A DNA stretch of 63,897 nucleotides, the filler included, from Octopus bimaculoides (lineage: Eukaryota), in NCBI RefSeq assembly GCF_001194135.2. It is 8 parts of 6 records of this genome, joined end to end, with 100 filler letters (N's around TTAATTAATTAA, not from the genome) between each part and the next. Parts side by side here need not be neighbours in the genome. Positions count along the whole stretch, not along the records: positions 24,203 to 52,610 come from NC_068981.1; positions 52,711 to 59,048 come from NC_068991.1; positions 59,149 to 62,732 come from NC_069000.1; 5 more parts are not named here. One strand, given 5' to 3'. Below are positions 47,240 through 59,744 of this stretch, one piece after another. Every line of letters begins with the position of its first letter. The first letter of the stretch is position 1. Under the pieces are notes generated by a model that was not told where the DNA came from, did no database searches, and saw only the letters and a list, made by a program, of their open reading frames with translations. A program made the translations under genes and the position numbers.

Positions 47240-47428
47240 CAATGTGAGAATTTACAAAAAGCAAAAGACGAAGATGGGTGTATAAACAACAAACAGATAT
47301 ATTATTCTAATGCTCGGGAAGTGAGAAATTCTTTTACGTTTCGAGCCTATGCTCTTCAACAGAAAGGAACACAGAAATAAACAGGGAGAGAAAATAGAAA
47401 AAGGTATAGTGACTGGCGATCTATCATA
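47240..47428 (-). mobile_element. Short non-coding element with a hammerhead motif, flanked by (TA)n and (CA)n (probably Penelope pLTR-derived)
   Basis: About 190 bp of complex sequence between microsatellites, containing the GAAACGT-type minimal hammerhead. Confidence 0.6.
47331..47366 (-). ncRNA. Minimal type I hammerhead ribozyme motif, variant core CUGUUGA
   Basis: CUUU-CUGUUGA-A-GAGC-auag-GCUC-GAAA-CG-UA-AAAG: perfect 4-bp stems I and II, palindromic ACGU stem III, GUA triplet. Confidence 0.65.
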
Positions 47429-47439
47429 ACGAATACACA

Positions 47440-47509
<70 letters not shown>

Positions 47510-49845
47510 CATACATATACAAAACATGTATATATGTATGTGTTGGTTCACCAGAAGTGATAATTTACAGGACTCAATACCAATGTACAGTATTTTCAAT
47601 ATATTATAACCGAAAAGCTCCTATTTCAAGTCCTTAGTATGACTCTTTTCTGAACCTGGCTGCTTTCGAACGATCTACTCATCTGAAATATGAAATAAAA
47701 GTTTTAAGCTGTTGTGCCGATTTTTCCACCCCGACGTAGGAGACGGATTTTATGGTGATGTTCATATGCACTCTCTACACGGTTGCATATCCTTGACTTT
47801 TTGCACACTCCATCTGCCTATTATATACATTACAAATATTACGTAATTCCGAGAAACAGCCGTCGGACTTGAAGTACCATATCTTTTATTCTTAGTTGTC
47901 TGTAGTTTTGTACAGTATAAAAATGTTATTGTAAATATTCAAATATGTATATGCTTCTTTTCAGTTCTTGTTTCTCTCTTTCTCTATATATGTCCCTATA
48001 TATATGTCCCTATATATATATATATATATATATATNNNNNNNNNNNNNNNNNNNNNNNNNNNNNNNNNNNNNNNNNNNNNNNNNNNNNNNNNNNNNNNNN
48101 NNNNNNNNNNNNNNNNNNNNNNNNNNNNNNNNNNNNNNNNNNNNNNNNNNNNNNNNNNNNNNNNNNNNNNNNNNNNNNNNNNNNNNNNNNNNNNNNNNNN
48201 NNNNNNNNNNNNNNNNNNNNNNNNNNNNNNNNNNNNNNNNNNNNNNNNNNNNNNNNNNNNNNNNNNNNNNNNNNNNNNNNNNNNNNNNNNNNNNNNNNNN
48301 NNNNNNNNNNNNNNNNNNNNNNNNNNNNNNNNNNNNNNNNNNNNNNNNNNNNNNNNNNNNNNNNNNNNNNNNNNNNNNNNNNNNNNNNNNNNNNNNNNNN
48401 NNNNNNNNNNNNNNNNNNNNNNNNNNNNNNNNNNNNNNNNNATGTGAAACCCAAACGCGTTTATCTAAACACGCTTAAGAGCAGACGCCTTGTCATTCTA
48501 TTCTTCTTAATTTTCTTCCCAATATTCTGAATACTGTCTGAAAAATAAACCCCTGTGGAGGTACATTTTTACATTTGTTCAACATATCTTACACATGTTT
48601 CAGTGATAAAAATGAATGTTCAATGGGAAAATGCATTCTAAATGGTTTATATGAATAAATAACGAGAGACTGCGCAGCAAACGTAAAGAACTTTTAAAAT
48701 ATATTATGCATTTCGGTCAGCTTGTGATATCAAAAATTATGCCAACAGATGTTATACATGTTTGTATGTAAAACATATTGTACATGTGCACATCAGGAAA
48801 TATGCGGGCACGCGTCTGTACCAATGTTGGTGTATATGGGTGCAAAAACTCGCCCAGTTAGGTTATTTTACGTTCAATAGTATCACTAGATATCACGTTG
48901 AACAATATTATTAGGTAAATCAAGAAAAATAATATAAATGCTAGATTCTAATATGTACTGGAGTTTATAGAACTGAGAAAAACAAAAAAGAAAAATAAGA
49001 AAAGAAACAAAAGATTAGAGACGGGACTTCAGCATGTCTTCATTTCAATAAATGACTTCAACTTGTCTTGAATCGAATGAATGATATGAGTAAAACATTG
49101 TAATATGCTCAGTTCTAAAATATCTAAGAATTTCGGTTTTAGAAGTTTGCTTTGACATATGTGAACATATCGGCCGACATAACGGAAGAAATCGGATCTA
49201 AAACTGTTTTTATTGGACATAAATCGAAAACTGCATCGGTGGTATTAATCTTCTCAAACAATACTTTTATCATTCGTCGTATGTTAATATATAGATAACC
49301 TGTGAAAGTATCAGAAATATTTGAGAGTAATACCCATGACATTGTTTTTACTACTATCGGAACAATAAGATGTGTGTTGTTTAAAAGCTCTGATAATCCT
49401 CTCAGAGCTCAAATTTTCTTCCCTCAATCTCACAATATCTCACAGTCGTTAATATATCTCCTTTTCTATTTCTCTCCAACTTCTTATCTCGATCTCACAT
49501 TCTCCATTACTATTTCCTCTGTGTTTCATTCTCCGCCTCCTTCTCTCCCCCTTTCTTGCAGTTTCCTCTATCACATTTTTTCGAACTTCCTTCTCTACAA
49601 CTTATGGCTCAAAAGCTAGAAACCCTGTCGATAAATCCTGCTGTGACTCACTGATCAGGCGGGTTTCTATTTCGTTTCTAAACAAAACACCCCCCAACCT
49701 TCCATTATCTTAGTAAAGAACATAAAATATCTGGCGCACATAAAATATGTATGTTGTAAGAGTGGGTAGGGTTCGGAACTCCATGTTTACAAATATAGTT
49801 TTACAAATGTGTGTCCATATAGCTATATATGAATTTGATTATTCA

Positions 49846-49902
<57 letters not shown>

Positions 49903-49990
49903 GCCTGACTGTCTGTCCGTCCATCCATCCGTCCATCCATCCATCCATCCATCCATCCATCCCGTCATCCATCCATCCATCCATCCATCC

Positions 49991-50050
<60 letters not shown>
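49846..50050. repeat. (TATC)n(CATC)n(TATC)n compound microsatellite
   Basis: Directly visible. Confidence 0.95.
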
Positions 50051-51024
50051 GTGTGCGTACATGTGTGCGTGTATGTGTGTGCGTGTATGTGTGTGCGTGT
50101 ATGTGGGTGTGCCCATGTACAAGTGTAGAGAAAAACAGAAGAAGGATGGGAGATATAAAGAGACTGTATTTGCTCAGTGGTGTTTCTGTTCATGACAACG
50201 TTTTACATATTTGTGTTTCAACTTGTGAGTTAATGTATGAGAAGAAAGAACGAGATACGGGTAAAGCCGTGTAGTGATGTAAAGTAGAGCAAATGGAAAA
50301 CGGTGTATCTAATTGTATAAATTTGTGTATATTCGTGAATATCATGTTCATATGTTTTTGTGTGCGAGCATGTGTATGTATGTGTGTGTGTGTGTGTGTT
50401 TTGTGTACGTGTGTTTGTAGATGTTAGTGAACGTATGTCTGCGACTGTTTCAGCCTGAGCTTCTTTTATAGGTTTTTCTTCCCCAACCCTTTCTAGTCAC
50501 TCAAGTGTATGGCCAGTGATCATCAGATGTGGCTATGTGAGTCAGACACGCGGAAAATCTTCCCTTTCTCGATAAATATTCATGAATACTTTCTAACGTG
50601 TTGGACACAATGTAATTCATTGCCCATATAAAAACTTCCCCGTGATAAAATAGTTTGTCACCTGTGAGCAAGTCTAATCTGATTTACACGTGTTTCACTC
50701 TTTATCAAACACATTGTTTTTTCTCCTGTTTACGTTTGTTGACTGGCCTATTGAGTAGCTTGCTATTTGCTATATATCTACTTAACTTCCTTTGAAGAAT
50801 TACCTTTGTATATATTTTATCCTTTTACTTTGCTTAACTAATGCACACAGGGAATTACAGAACATGAGTTATTTTTCTTTTACATGGAAAAACGCCAAAC
50901 ACAAAGAGTAAATGAAAATATCACCAAGATGGAATGTTTTACGTTACATAACAAGTACTGAACTACTCCGACACTGGTCAGGTTTCAACTCAACATTAAA
51001 AGACCTGGCACTTCATCGGTTACG

Positions 51025-51230
51025 ACGATGAAGGTTCTAGTTGATCAGCTCAACGGAACAACCTGCTCATGAAATTGGCGTACATGTGGCTGAGCAATCC
51101 GCAGAACATGTACCCATAAAGTAGTTCTCAGGGAGATTCAGTGTGACACAGATACCACTCATTTTTGCCAGCAGAGTGCACTGGAGCAACGGAAAATAAA
51201 GTATCTTGATCAAGGATATGTGTCACCGGG

Positions 51231-51238
<8 letters not shown>
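51025..51238 (-). mobile_element. SINE group C variant 5, head truncated
   Basis: Minus strand has TTCAATTCCC..., ATATCCTTGATCAAGATACTTTATTTTCCGTTGCTCCAGTGCACTCTGCTGGCAAAAATGAG, then a distinct body. Confidence 0.75.
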
Positions 51239-51262
<24 letters not shown>

Positions 51263-51264
<2 letters not shown>

Positions 51265-51421
51265 TACGGGATTCTTTCAGTTTCCGTTTACGAAATCCAC
51301 TCACGAGGTTTTGGTCGGCCCCTGAAGGCATAGTAGAAGACACTTTCCACGCAGTGGGACTGAACCCCAAATCATGTGGTTGAGAAGCAAGCTTCTAAAC
51401 CATATGGCTACCCCTGCGCCT
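51263..51421 (-). mobile_element. SINE group B, 5' module ending in (TA)n
   Basis: AGGCGCAGGGGTAGCC...GGTTCAGTCCCACTGCGTGG...GAAACTGAAAGAATCCCGTAATA. Confidence 0.85.
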
Positions 51422-52610
51422 TCTATAAGTATTCAAAACTTATTATCAGAAGCCTTTCAACAGGGAACCTTAATTCAAACAATATCATCTTACGAAATCA
51501 TTTAATATAAACCTATGTAGTAATCATGCAAGCATGACAAATTTACGTATTTTGCCATAGTCTGTAAAAATTCACCGATTTCCATTCTCATTTGAATATC
51601 ATCAGAGGTGTCTGCATCTCTTGACTAATCACAGAGAAGCAAGTAACTAATACGTTTATGAAGCCACCAAGCCTTGTCTTTACATATACGTATTCATGTA
51701 CACACTTTCTCTCCATCGTGCACCTAAATGTTAGCTTCTTTCGAACATTCACAGTACTGCTACGTATTTCCTATAGTCATTTTAACACATTTTATTTCAT
51801 TTCTTTATTAAACTGACTCGAGACTAGACGCTGTCACAAAAGTGTCACTTCTTCTATTTTTCACTTCGTCTTCAGAGGAAATTGAAAATAATTCTGTTCG
51901 CTGCTTTATCAATATTTCATTATTTTACACATTCTCCAAACATTTATGTTGCTGTATTGTGTTTAAATTCTGCTAAAAATTGTTATCTAGATATTTTGTT
52001 GAAGAATATGATTTTCGGTGTGTTTCGTCCTTCGTTAATTCCAAATGTTCTTACACAATAATATTTCTTGTTTTTTGGTTTATCATCCAGCGTGTTGTAT
52101 TTTGAACTCATTAACTACTTTTTTGCATAAACGTAATCATACACACACACACAACCAACACCACCCACCCACCCACACACCCACACACACACACGCGAAT
52201 AAAAATAGTAACTTAGTTACAGAGATTTGGCGATAGAAACATAGATGAATACATACCTAGCCTGAACGAACATAGTGACTTGAACATATAAGTACACAAA
52301 TATAGTAACTATAACTACATATTTCCCCAATATTATGTAGGAATAGCAATTTTCCTGTTAATATATCTTAATATATAAATCTGAAGTTCTGTGTCTGTGT
52401 GAAGCCTTTTTGAAAGTTTATAGAAATCCACATTTTCCACGTTTTCGTAAAAATTTATGGAATTTTCTCGATGTGAACTTTCCAGTGCAGTAATTAGATT
52501 TTTTAAAATTCCGTTTACTTTGTGTGATTTAAGGGAGATTTGGCTGTCGTTTCTAGCAACTTTTATATTTCATCCCTTCTACCTGGAACGCCATTCTTAC
52601 ACACGCGCTC

Positions 52611-52710
52611 NNNNNNNNNNNNNNNNNNNNNNNNNNNNNNNNNNNNNNNNNNNNTTAATTAATTAANNNNNNNNNNNNNNNNNNNNNNNNNNNNNNNNNN
52701 NNNNNNNNNN
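52611..52710. other. Assembly gap placeholder with TTAATTAATTAA
   Basis: 12-mer at 52655-52666. Confidence 0.95.
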
Positions 52711-53261
52711 ATATATATATATATATGTATGTATGTATATATCTATGTATGTATATATATATTATATATGTATATTATATGTGTATATACATGTGTGGTG
52801 TGTATGTATATGTTTGTATTTACATGTACCTATATGTTTGTTTTTTTCGAGTGTACATTAGTGTGCGAGTGTGTGAGTATGCTTTTGCCTGTGTCCGTGT
52901 GCGCCAGTGATTGTGTGTTAGATGGAATTTCCTTTGTCTGTGAGGAAAATAAATATATAAAGAGGGACAAAAAAGAGATTTGATTTATTGATTCTTTCAT
53001 CGAATATATTCCCCTCTGAATTCTGGAACCACAAGATTTAAAGATCGATTAAATCACGGTTTGTATTTTAGTCATTTGGTAGATTTCTATCTTTCATATG
53101 AAAATGTTTGTATTTATCTCTAACATAAAGCGACATCTGTTCTATATATTTATATTTACACAATTTACATAAATTCAATAGGTATTAAAATAGCAAATAA
53201 ACTGGAGTTGGAATTGACATTCATCATGATAATGATCATCATGATCATCATCATCATCATT

Positions 53262-53470
53262 GCGGCGAGCTGGCAGAATCGGTAGCACACCGGGCGCAAT
53301 GCTTAGCGGTATTTCGTCTGCCTTTACATTCTGAGTTCAAATTCCCCGAATCGACTTTGCCTTTCATCTATTTGGGGTCAATAAATTAACTGCCAGTTGC
53401 CTACTGGAGTCGATCTAATCGACTGGCCACCTACCCCAAAATTTCGGACCTTGTACCTAGAGTAGAATAG

Positions 53471-53505
<35 letters not shown>
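53262..53505 (+). mobile_element. SINE group A, full length, tail type 1 with (ATT)n
   Basis: GCGGCGAGCTGGCAGAATCGG head, GAGTTCAAATTCC B box, CCCCAAAATTTCGGACCTTGTACC tail, then (ATT)n. Confidence 0.92.
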
Positions 53506-55639
53506 GGCATCTTGTACACTACCTCACTACGAACCGTAATTTTCACCTCGTCAGCTTGACAAATATTATTTTTCAAAATCATTAATCATTGGAAGACTCT
53601 GCTCAAAATATCTACCGCCATACTTTCGAATCAACGAAAGGTTGTTATATAGCTGCTCAAATTCCGAGAAATAAAATCAAAATCTCGATTGAAATTACGC
53701 TCTGCTCCTTTGCATCTGGGAGATCATCATTACCAAGTCGTCGCTGATCAACAGAAAGTGGGAACCATCATCAGTCGCATGCCTGATCATTGACCGGTCT
53801 GCGCTCCAAGAACTGATCTAGATCTAACAATAACTGTAAAATTAAGTCGCAAATTAAACTGTTGTTTATCATGTAAATGTGAATGAAACGCATCATCTGA
53901 TCAAATCATAAAGCAAAATATATAAAATATAAAATCACGGTTTCATGGTGAAATATAGATGACAAGAAATATGAAGACATTGTGAGCAGAGGTATCAGTG
54001 GTCTAATCCTGAATGAATGTTTCCGTATGATTGATGAGTCACAACATGGCTCAATTTGGCGTAGAAATCCCATAGCAATCATGGATTTCTGCTGTCGGCT
54101 CTCTAACATAAAACGTGATATAATAAACAATTATAATACTAGTAAAACGGCAACAAATAACTAGGTTTTATTTGCATCCAAGAAAATAGTCCAGAAAAAC
54201 AATTAGAAATCCTTTTAAAGTCATTACACACTAAATTCATTGTAATTACATGTCCATGTACTTGTCACGTATGCATCTACGACAACGAGCGCCTGCAGAA
54301 TCAAGTCCGCCTTTATGAATATTATATAAGCGTTTTCACAGCACCAAAGTGTATCCCTCGGCCCTTCCCATCACTTACACAATGGTGTCTTGTCTTTGGA
54401 CATGTCGTGGCCTTGTCCTCCTTAAAAAAATCTTATTCTATACATTTCTCTCATTGGCGAAAAAGACAGGTCATTTTGAAGACCTGTAAGTAATCCATCT
54501 TTCTAACAAAACATAGCCTACAGAACACCTGGAAATGATACTTAGCAGTTTTGATGTTGTTCTTGCCTGCCTTGGATAGTATTTCGACACAGTCATAATG
54601 TATTGTCTTGCGTATCATCACTGTCCAGTTTACCTTTGAATATCTGTAATAACTGACGTACGTATATATATATCTATGCAGCATACGGCATTGGAGAACA
54701 TTTTTATTTGAATGTCGTTTGGCCATCTTCAACCGACAAGAACAAGCCGAGAAAAAGTTTTGATAGATATTTGATTCATAAGGCCACACTTACCTTAGCT
54801 CAAAACTAATTGTAGTCGAAACACAGGTCTATTTCAAAGACCACATGTAGACTCCGAGTTAAAACTAAAACAAAATATATTACACGGCAATTTCAAATGT
54901 CGAGAGTTGTTTGAGGAAAGATGAACCAATCAAAAGTGAACATGTAAATTGGCAATTGCTTAACCAGTAAATTATAAATAAATAAATTTACAGTTTCACA
55001 CGCAACCCAGTAATTGTTATTTATCACGCAATTCAAATATTTTTTTTTAAATAAAGGATGACTTCATTTACTTAGCTTCAGTTGGAGTACTGAGAAAAGC
55101 AAAATACATTAACAAAGCTCAGTAACTAGTCGAAGGAACTAACAAGAAATGAAATGAAAAGCGTTAAAAAAATACATTATAGAATCTAGTTAGTATATCT
55201 TGATTGTGAGTTATCACAAAACGCAAGAGAAATTACGAGATAAAACACAATCAGAAAATCATAGGAGGCTTAGATAATAAAAAAAGAAACGAAAAGAATC
55301 AGCTAAAAAGTTAAATTAAAAGAAATACCGGGGAACGTTGATTAACCTAGGCTCTCCAAGATGCAACACAAAAGTGTTGCGTTTCTGTGCAAAATACAAA
55401 AATATGAATACAACAAAATATATGAATATAAAAAAATAGCTTGTAAAATTTTGCAATTTTCTGAGTTAATGTATGTTTACAATAGTCTGAAAAAGTATTA
55501 CTGCATTTCAGATATATTACATCCAGAAGAATAATTTCTCTACTTTTCGTTGTACAAATTCTTTTGTTATACACACGCGGGCGTACACGCGCACACCCCT
55601 CCCTATCTCTCTCTCTTTTTCCCGTACCTCCCTCTCTCT

Positions 55640-55694
<55 letters not shown>

Positions 55695-55786
55695 GATTCA
55701 CAGACACAGACACACACACACATACATATGCCAATCTTTGTTTTGATATATATATTTGTCGATATGTGTATCTTTTATCTGCTATA

Positions 55787-55857
55787 TTGTACTTGTTTCA
55801 GTCATCATACTGCGAGTATCCTGCGGCACCACCTTGAAGAACATTTTAGTCGAATAT
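55787..55857 (-). mobile_element. SINE group B, 3' terminal fragment running into a gap
   Basis: Plus strand shows TACTTGTTTCAGTCAT..ACTGCG....CACCACCTTGAAGAA..TTTTAGTCGAAT. Confidence 0.7.
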
Positions 55858-56251
55858 ATATANNNNNNNNNNNNNNNNNNNNNNNNNNNNNNNNNNNNNN
55901 NNNNNNNNNNNNNNNNNNNNNNNNNNNNNNNNNNNNNNNNNNNNNNNNNNNNNNNNNNNNNNNNNNNNNNNNNNNNNNNNNNNNNNNNNNNNNNNNNNNN
56001 NNNNNNNNNNNNNNNNNNNNNNNNNNNNNNNNNNNNNNNNNNNNNNNNNNNNNNNNNNNNNNNNNNNNNNNNNNNNNNNNNNNNNNNNNNNNNNNNNNNN
56101 NNNNNNNNNNNNNNNNNNNNNNNNNNNNNNNNNNNNNNNNNNNNNNNNNNNNNNNNNNNNNNNNNNNNNNNNNNNNNNNNNNNNNNNNNNNNNNNNNNNN
56201 NNNNNNNNNNNNNNNNNNNNNNNNNNNNNNNNNNNNNNNNNNNNNNNNNNN

Positions 56252-56306
<55 letters not shown>

Positions 56307-57949
56307 TATACATATATATACATTTATAGATAGATAGATAAATAGATAGATAGCTAGATAGATATAGATACATAGATATATATATAGTTACAACAGGTAT
56401 TAGAATGTCTATGTATGTATGTATGTATCTATCTATCTATTTATCAATCTACCGATCTATCTACTTGCTCCCCGCTTTCTCTCTCTCACTCACTCCGTAC
56501 TCTGTAACCCACACTCTCTTTCTCTGTACTCTCTCTCACTCTCTTTCTTCCTCTCTCTCATTCTCTTTCTTCCCATTCTCTCACTCTCTTTCTTCCTCTC
56601 TCTCACTCTCTTTCTTCCTCTCTCTCTCTTTCACACACATACAAGCATACATCATTAATCTGACAAGAGATATTGTTTTTCAATCACATCGGAAAATATT
56701 GCAAAATAGATAGAAATCAAGACTTAATTTTTATTTTTCTTCGTTAAATATTTATATATTTTGTTCACTTATCAATAAGTATAATTAAGGATTTGATCAA
56801 CATCTAATTAATTAACCTGACAGCTTCCCGTTTCTGCAACTGTGCCAACACTGCACACTGTCTGTCCCGCCTTTTCTAAGATTTCTTTAGTGTAAACTCT
56901 CTCACAGTTCCTTTTACGCCAATGATCATCTCATACGTTTTACTTTTGCACTTTTATGAATATAAGAAGTTCAATTACTTTTAAGTAGGTTCCTTACTTG
57001 TTTCTGTTTTTCTATAATTTGTTATTAGCCAGAAGAAATTATTAATCAAATTAAAATGATTACGCTTTAGCCACCTCAGTTTTTACTACAATTTTGATTT
57101 GATTGTTTCAGTTAAAGAAATAATAAACACCTCCATAGAGATATACACGGATAAATTTACATACATGTACTAACACAGTTATTCATCTTGTTATATATCT
57201 ATGCATGAGTGTAGCAGTATGTATATGCGTCTAATTACTCGAACGTATAACTACATCATTATTCATACGAACACACAAGACCCACACATATATAAACGCG
57301 CATATGTATCCTTATATGTGTGTGCGTGTGTGTATGTGTGCATGTGTGTGTTTGTGTGTTGAGTATGTATGTATATATAAATACACACATATTTATGTAT
57401 ATATATATATATATAAACAATATTTATAGNNNNNNNNNNNNNNNNNNNNNNNNNNNNNNNNNNNNNNNNNNNNNNNNNNNNNNNNNNNNNNNNNNNNNNN
57501 NNNNNNNNNNNNNNNNNNNNNNNNNNNNNNNNNNNNNNNNNNNNNNNNNNNNNNNNNNNNNNNNNNNNNNNNNNNNNNNNNNNNNNNNNNNNNNNNNNNN
57601 NNNNNNNNNNNNNNNNNNNNNNNNNNNNNNNNNNNNNNNNNNNNNNNNNNNNNNNNNNNNNNNNNNNNNNNNNNNNNNNNNNNNNNNNNNNNNNNNNNNN
57701 NNNNNNNNNNNNNNNNNNNNNNNNNNNNNNNNNNNNNNNNNNNNNNNNNNNNNNNNNNNNNNNNNNNNNNNNNNNNNNNNNNNNNNNNNNNNNNNNNNNN
57801 NNNNNNNNNNNNNNNNNNNNNNNNNNNNNNNNNNNNNNNNNNNNNNNNNNNNNNNNNNNNNNNNNNNNNNNNNNNNNNNNNNNNNNNNNNNNNNNNNNNN
57901 NNNNNNNNNNNNNNNNNNNNNNNNNNNNNNAATGTTATATTTAACTAAA

Positions 57950-59048
57950 ATTTAATCATCAATGTCCATTCTCTGATTATCTATGCCTTCCTTCCATCTA
58001 TTTACAAGCTTTTCAATCCCATCAATATTAAACTCATTTGGTTTCAAAGCAAAGAACTCTTAAATGTCAGTTTCGACCTCCTCCTGGCTTGCGAAAGTTA
58101 TGTCTCTCAAATGATTCGGCAACCTACGAAACAAATGGCAGTCTGGAGGGGCAAGGTGGATGAATTTTTCCCAACCAAGCTCTTCGATCTTCTGTGATGT
58201 GATCTTTGCAGTGTGGGGTCACGCATTGTCCTGATGAAACATCACTCCTTTTCGATTCAATAAAGCAGGCCGGTCGTTTTTTTCTTCAGTAGACTTGAGC
58301 ATTGATTGTTGCAATAAGTGGGAACAATTGGAAGTGAATTACTCCTTCGCAGTCCCACCAAATAGAAAGAATAACCTTTTTCCCATGAAGTTCTCTTCTC
58401 GGTTGTGGTTGAGCTTTTCCCTTTTACCAAGCCACTGTTTACGACATTTAACATTTCGATAGAAAGTCCATTTTTCATCACTAGTCACAAGTCTATCCAA
58501 AAGGGTGAAATGAATTCGCGAAAATGGAGAGAAGAGCAGATGTCAACTCGGGATTTGTGGTTGCTTTCGGACAATTCATGAGGCACCCATTTTCCAAGTT
58601 TAGGAACCTTTCCAAGTTGTTGACGATGACGATGAACAGTTGTATGGTTGGAACTAAGCTTTATTATCAATTCTACAACTGATAATGCAGGATTTTCTCC
58701 AAGAAATGCACCAAGGAGTTTATCATCAAACTCAACTGGACGTCCTCTTCGATCTTCATCTTCAAGGCTGAAGTGTCCACTTCTGAATTTTGCAAACCAT
58801 CTTCTGCAAGTTCTTTCATTCAAGCATTCTTTCTTTCTCATAAACTGCGTGTATGTTTCAAGTCACTTCGGCTGCAGACCTCTTTTGTACTCATAAAGCT
58901 TTATGTGCCTCAAATGCTCTTTAGATACTTCCATGTTAGAAAGGGTTTTGCATAAAAATAATTTTAAATCCCATTAGACATTCTAAAATACTATTAAATT
59001 TCGTTCAATTTTAAAAAAGGTAAAATCGGACAGAACGTATGAGATAAC
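57950..59048 (-). mobile_element. Mariner (DD34D, Mos1-like) transposase remnant with TIR-like end
   Basis: RRWFAKFRSGHFSLEDEDRRGRP, WVPHEL, VTSDEKW, KVILSIWWD, FHQDNA*PH; TIR-like GTTATCTCATACGTTCTGTCCGATTTT at the gap edge. Confidence 0.92.
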
Positions 59049-59148
59049 NNNNNNNNNNNNNNNNNNNNNNNNNNNNNNNNNNNNNNNNNNNNTTAATTAA
59101 TTAANNNNNNNNNNNNNNNNNNNNNNNNNNNNNNNNNNNNNNNNNNNN
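59049..59148. other. Assembly gap placeholder with TTAATTAATTAA
   Basis: 12-mer at 59093-59104. Confidence 0.95.
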
Positions 59149-59214
<66 letters not shown>

Positions 59215-59217
<3 letters not shown>

Positions 59218-59630
59218 CACTCATTGGACTGCGGCCATACTTCATCGCCTTGAAGAGTGTATAGTCGTGTGGGTGTGGATCGACCCCATTACTTATTTTT
59301 ATTTTTTATTTTAAGTCTGGTACTTATTCTATCAGCCGCTTACGCCGAACCACTAAGCTACGGGGACATAAACACACCAACATCGATTGTCAAGCAGTGT
59401 GGGAAGAGGACACACACACATACACATATATACATGCATAGATACCTACATACATACATATACACGACAGGATTCTTTCAGTTTCTATCAATCAAATCCA
59501 CTCACAAGGTTTTCGTTGGATCGAGACTATAGTAGAAGACACTTGCCCAAGTTGCCACACAGTGGGAATGTACTTGGAACCATGTGGTTGAGAAGTAAGT
59601 TTCTTACCACACAACCACCACGCCTGCGCG
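59215..59630 (-). mobile_element. SINE group B, full length, internal CA/TA/CATA tract
   Basis: 5' module 59462-59630, microsatellite about 59409-59462, 3' module 59215-59400. Confidence 0.85.
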
Positions 59631-59694
59631 CTCAAACACACACACACATGAATGTATGCCAATGTATGTATATGTGCGTGCATGTATACAAATA

Positions 59695-59744
<50 letters not shown>

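Noticed and set aside
47664-47685. CAGATGA...GAAA on the minus strand
   Set aside because: Core mismatch and no stem II.
50490-50526. CTGATGA-TCACT...AGTGA-CTA-GAAA on the minus strand
   Set aside because: 3-nt insertion before GAAA and no stem I or stem III support.
53541-53554. CTGACGA-GGT-GAAA on the minus strand
   Set aside because: Only 3 nt between the boxes; stem II cannot form.
806-57955. Long ORFs containing X runs or YI/CV/HT dipeptide repeats
   Set aside because: Produced by N gaps and dinucleotide microsatellites; no coding signal.
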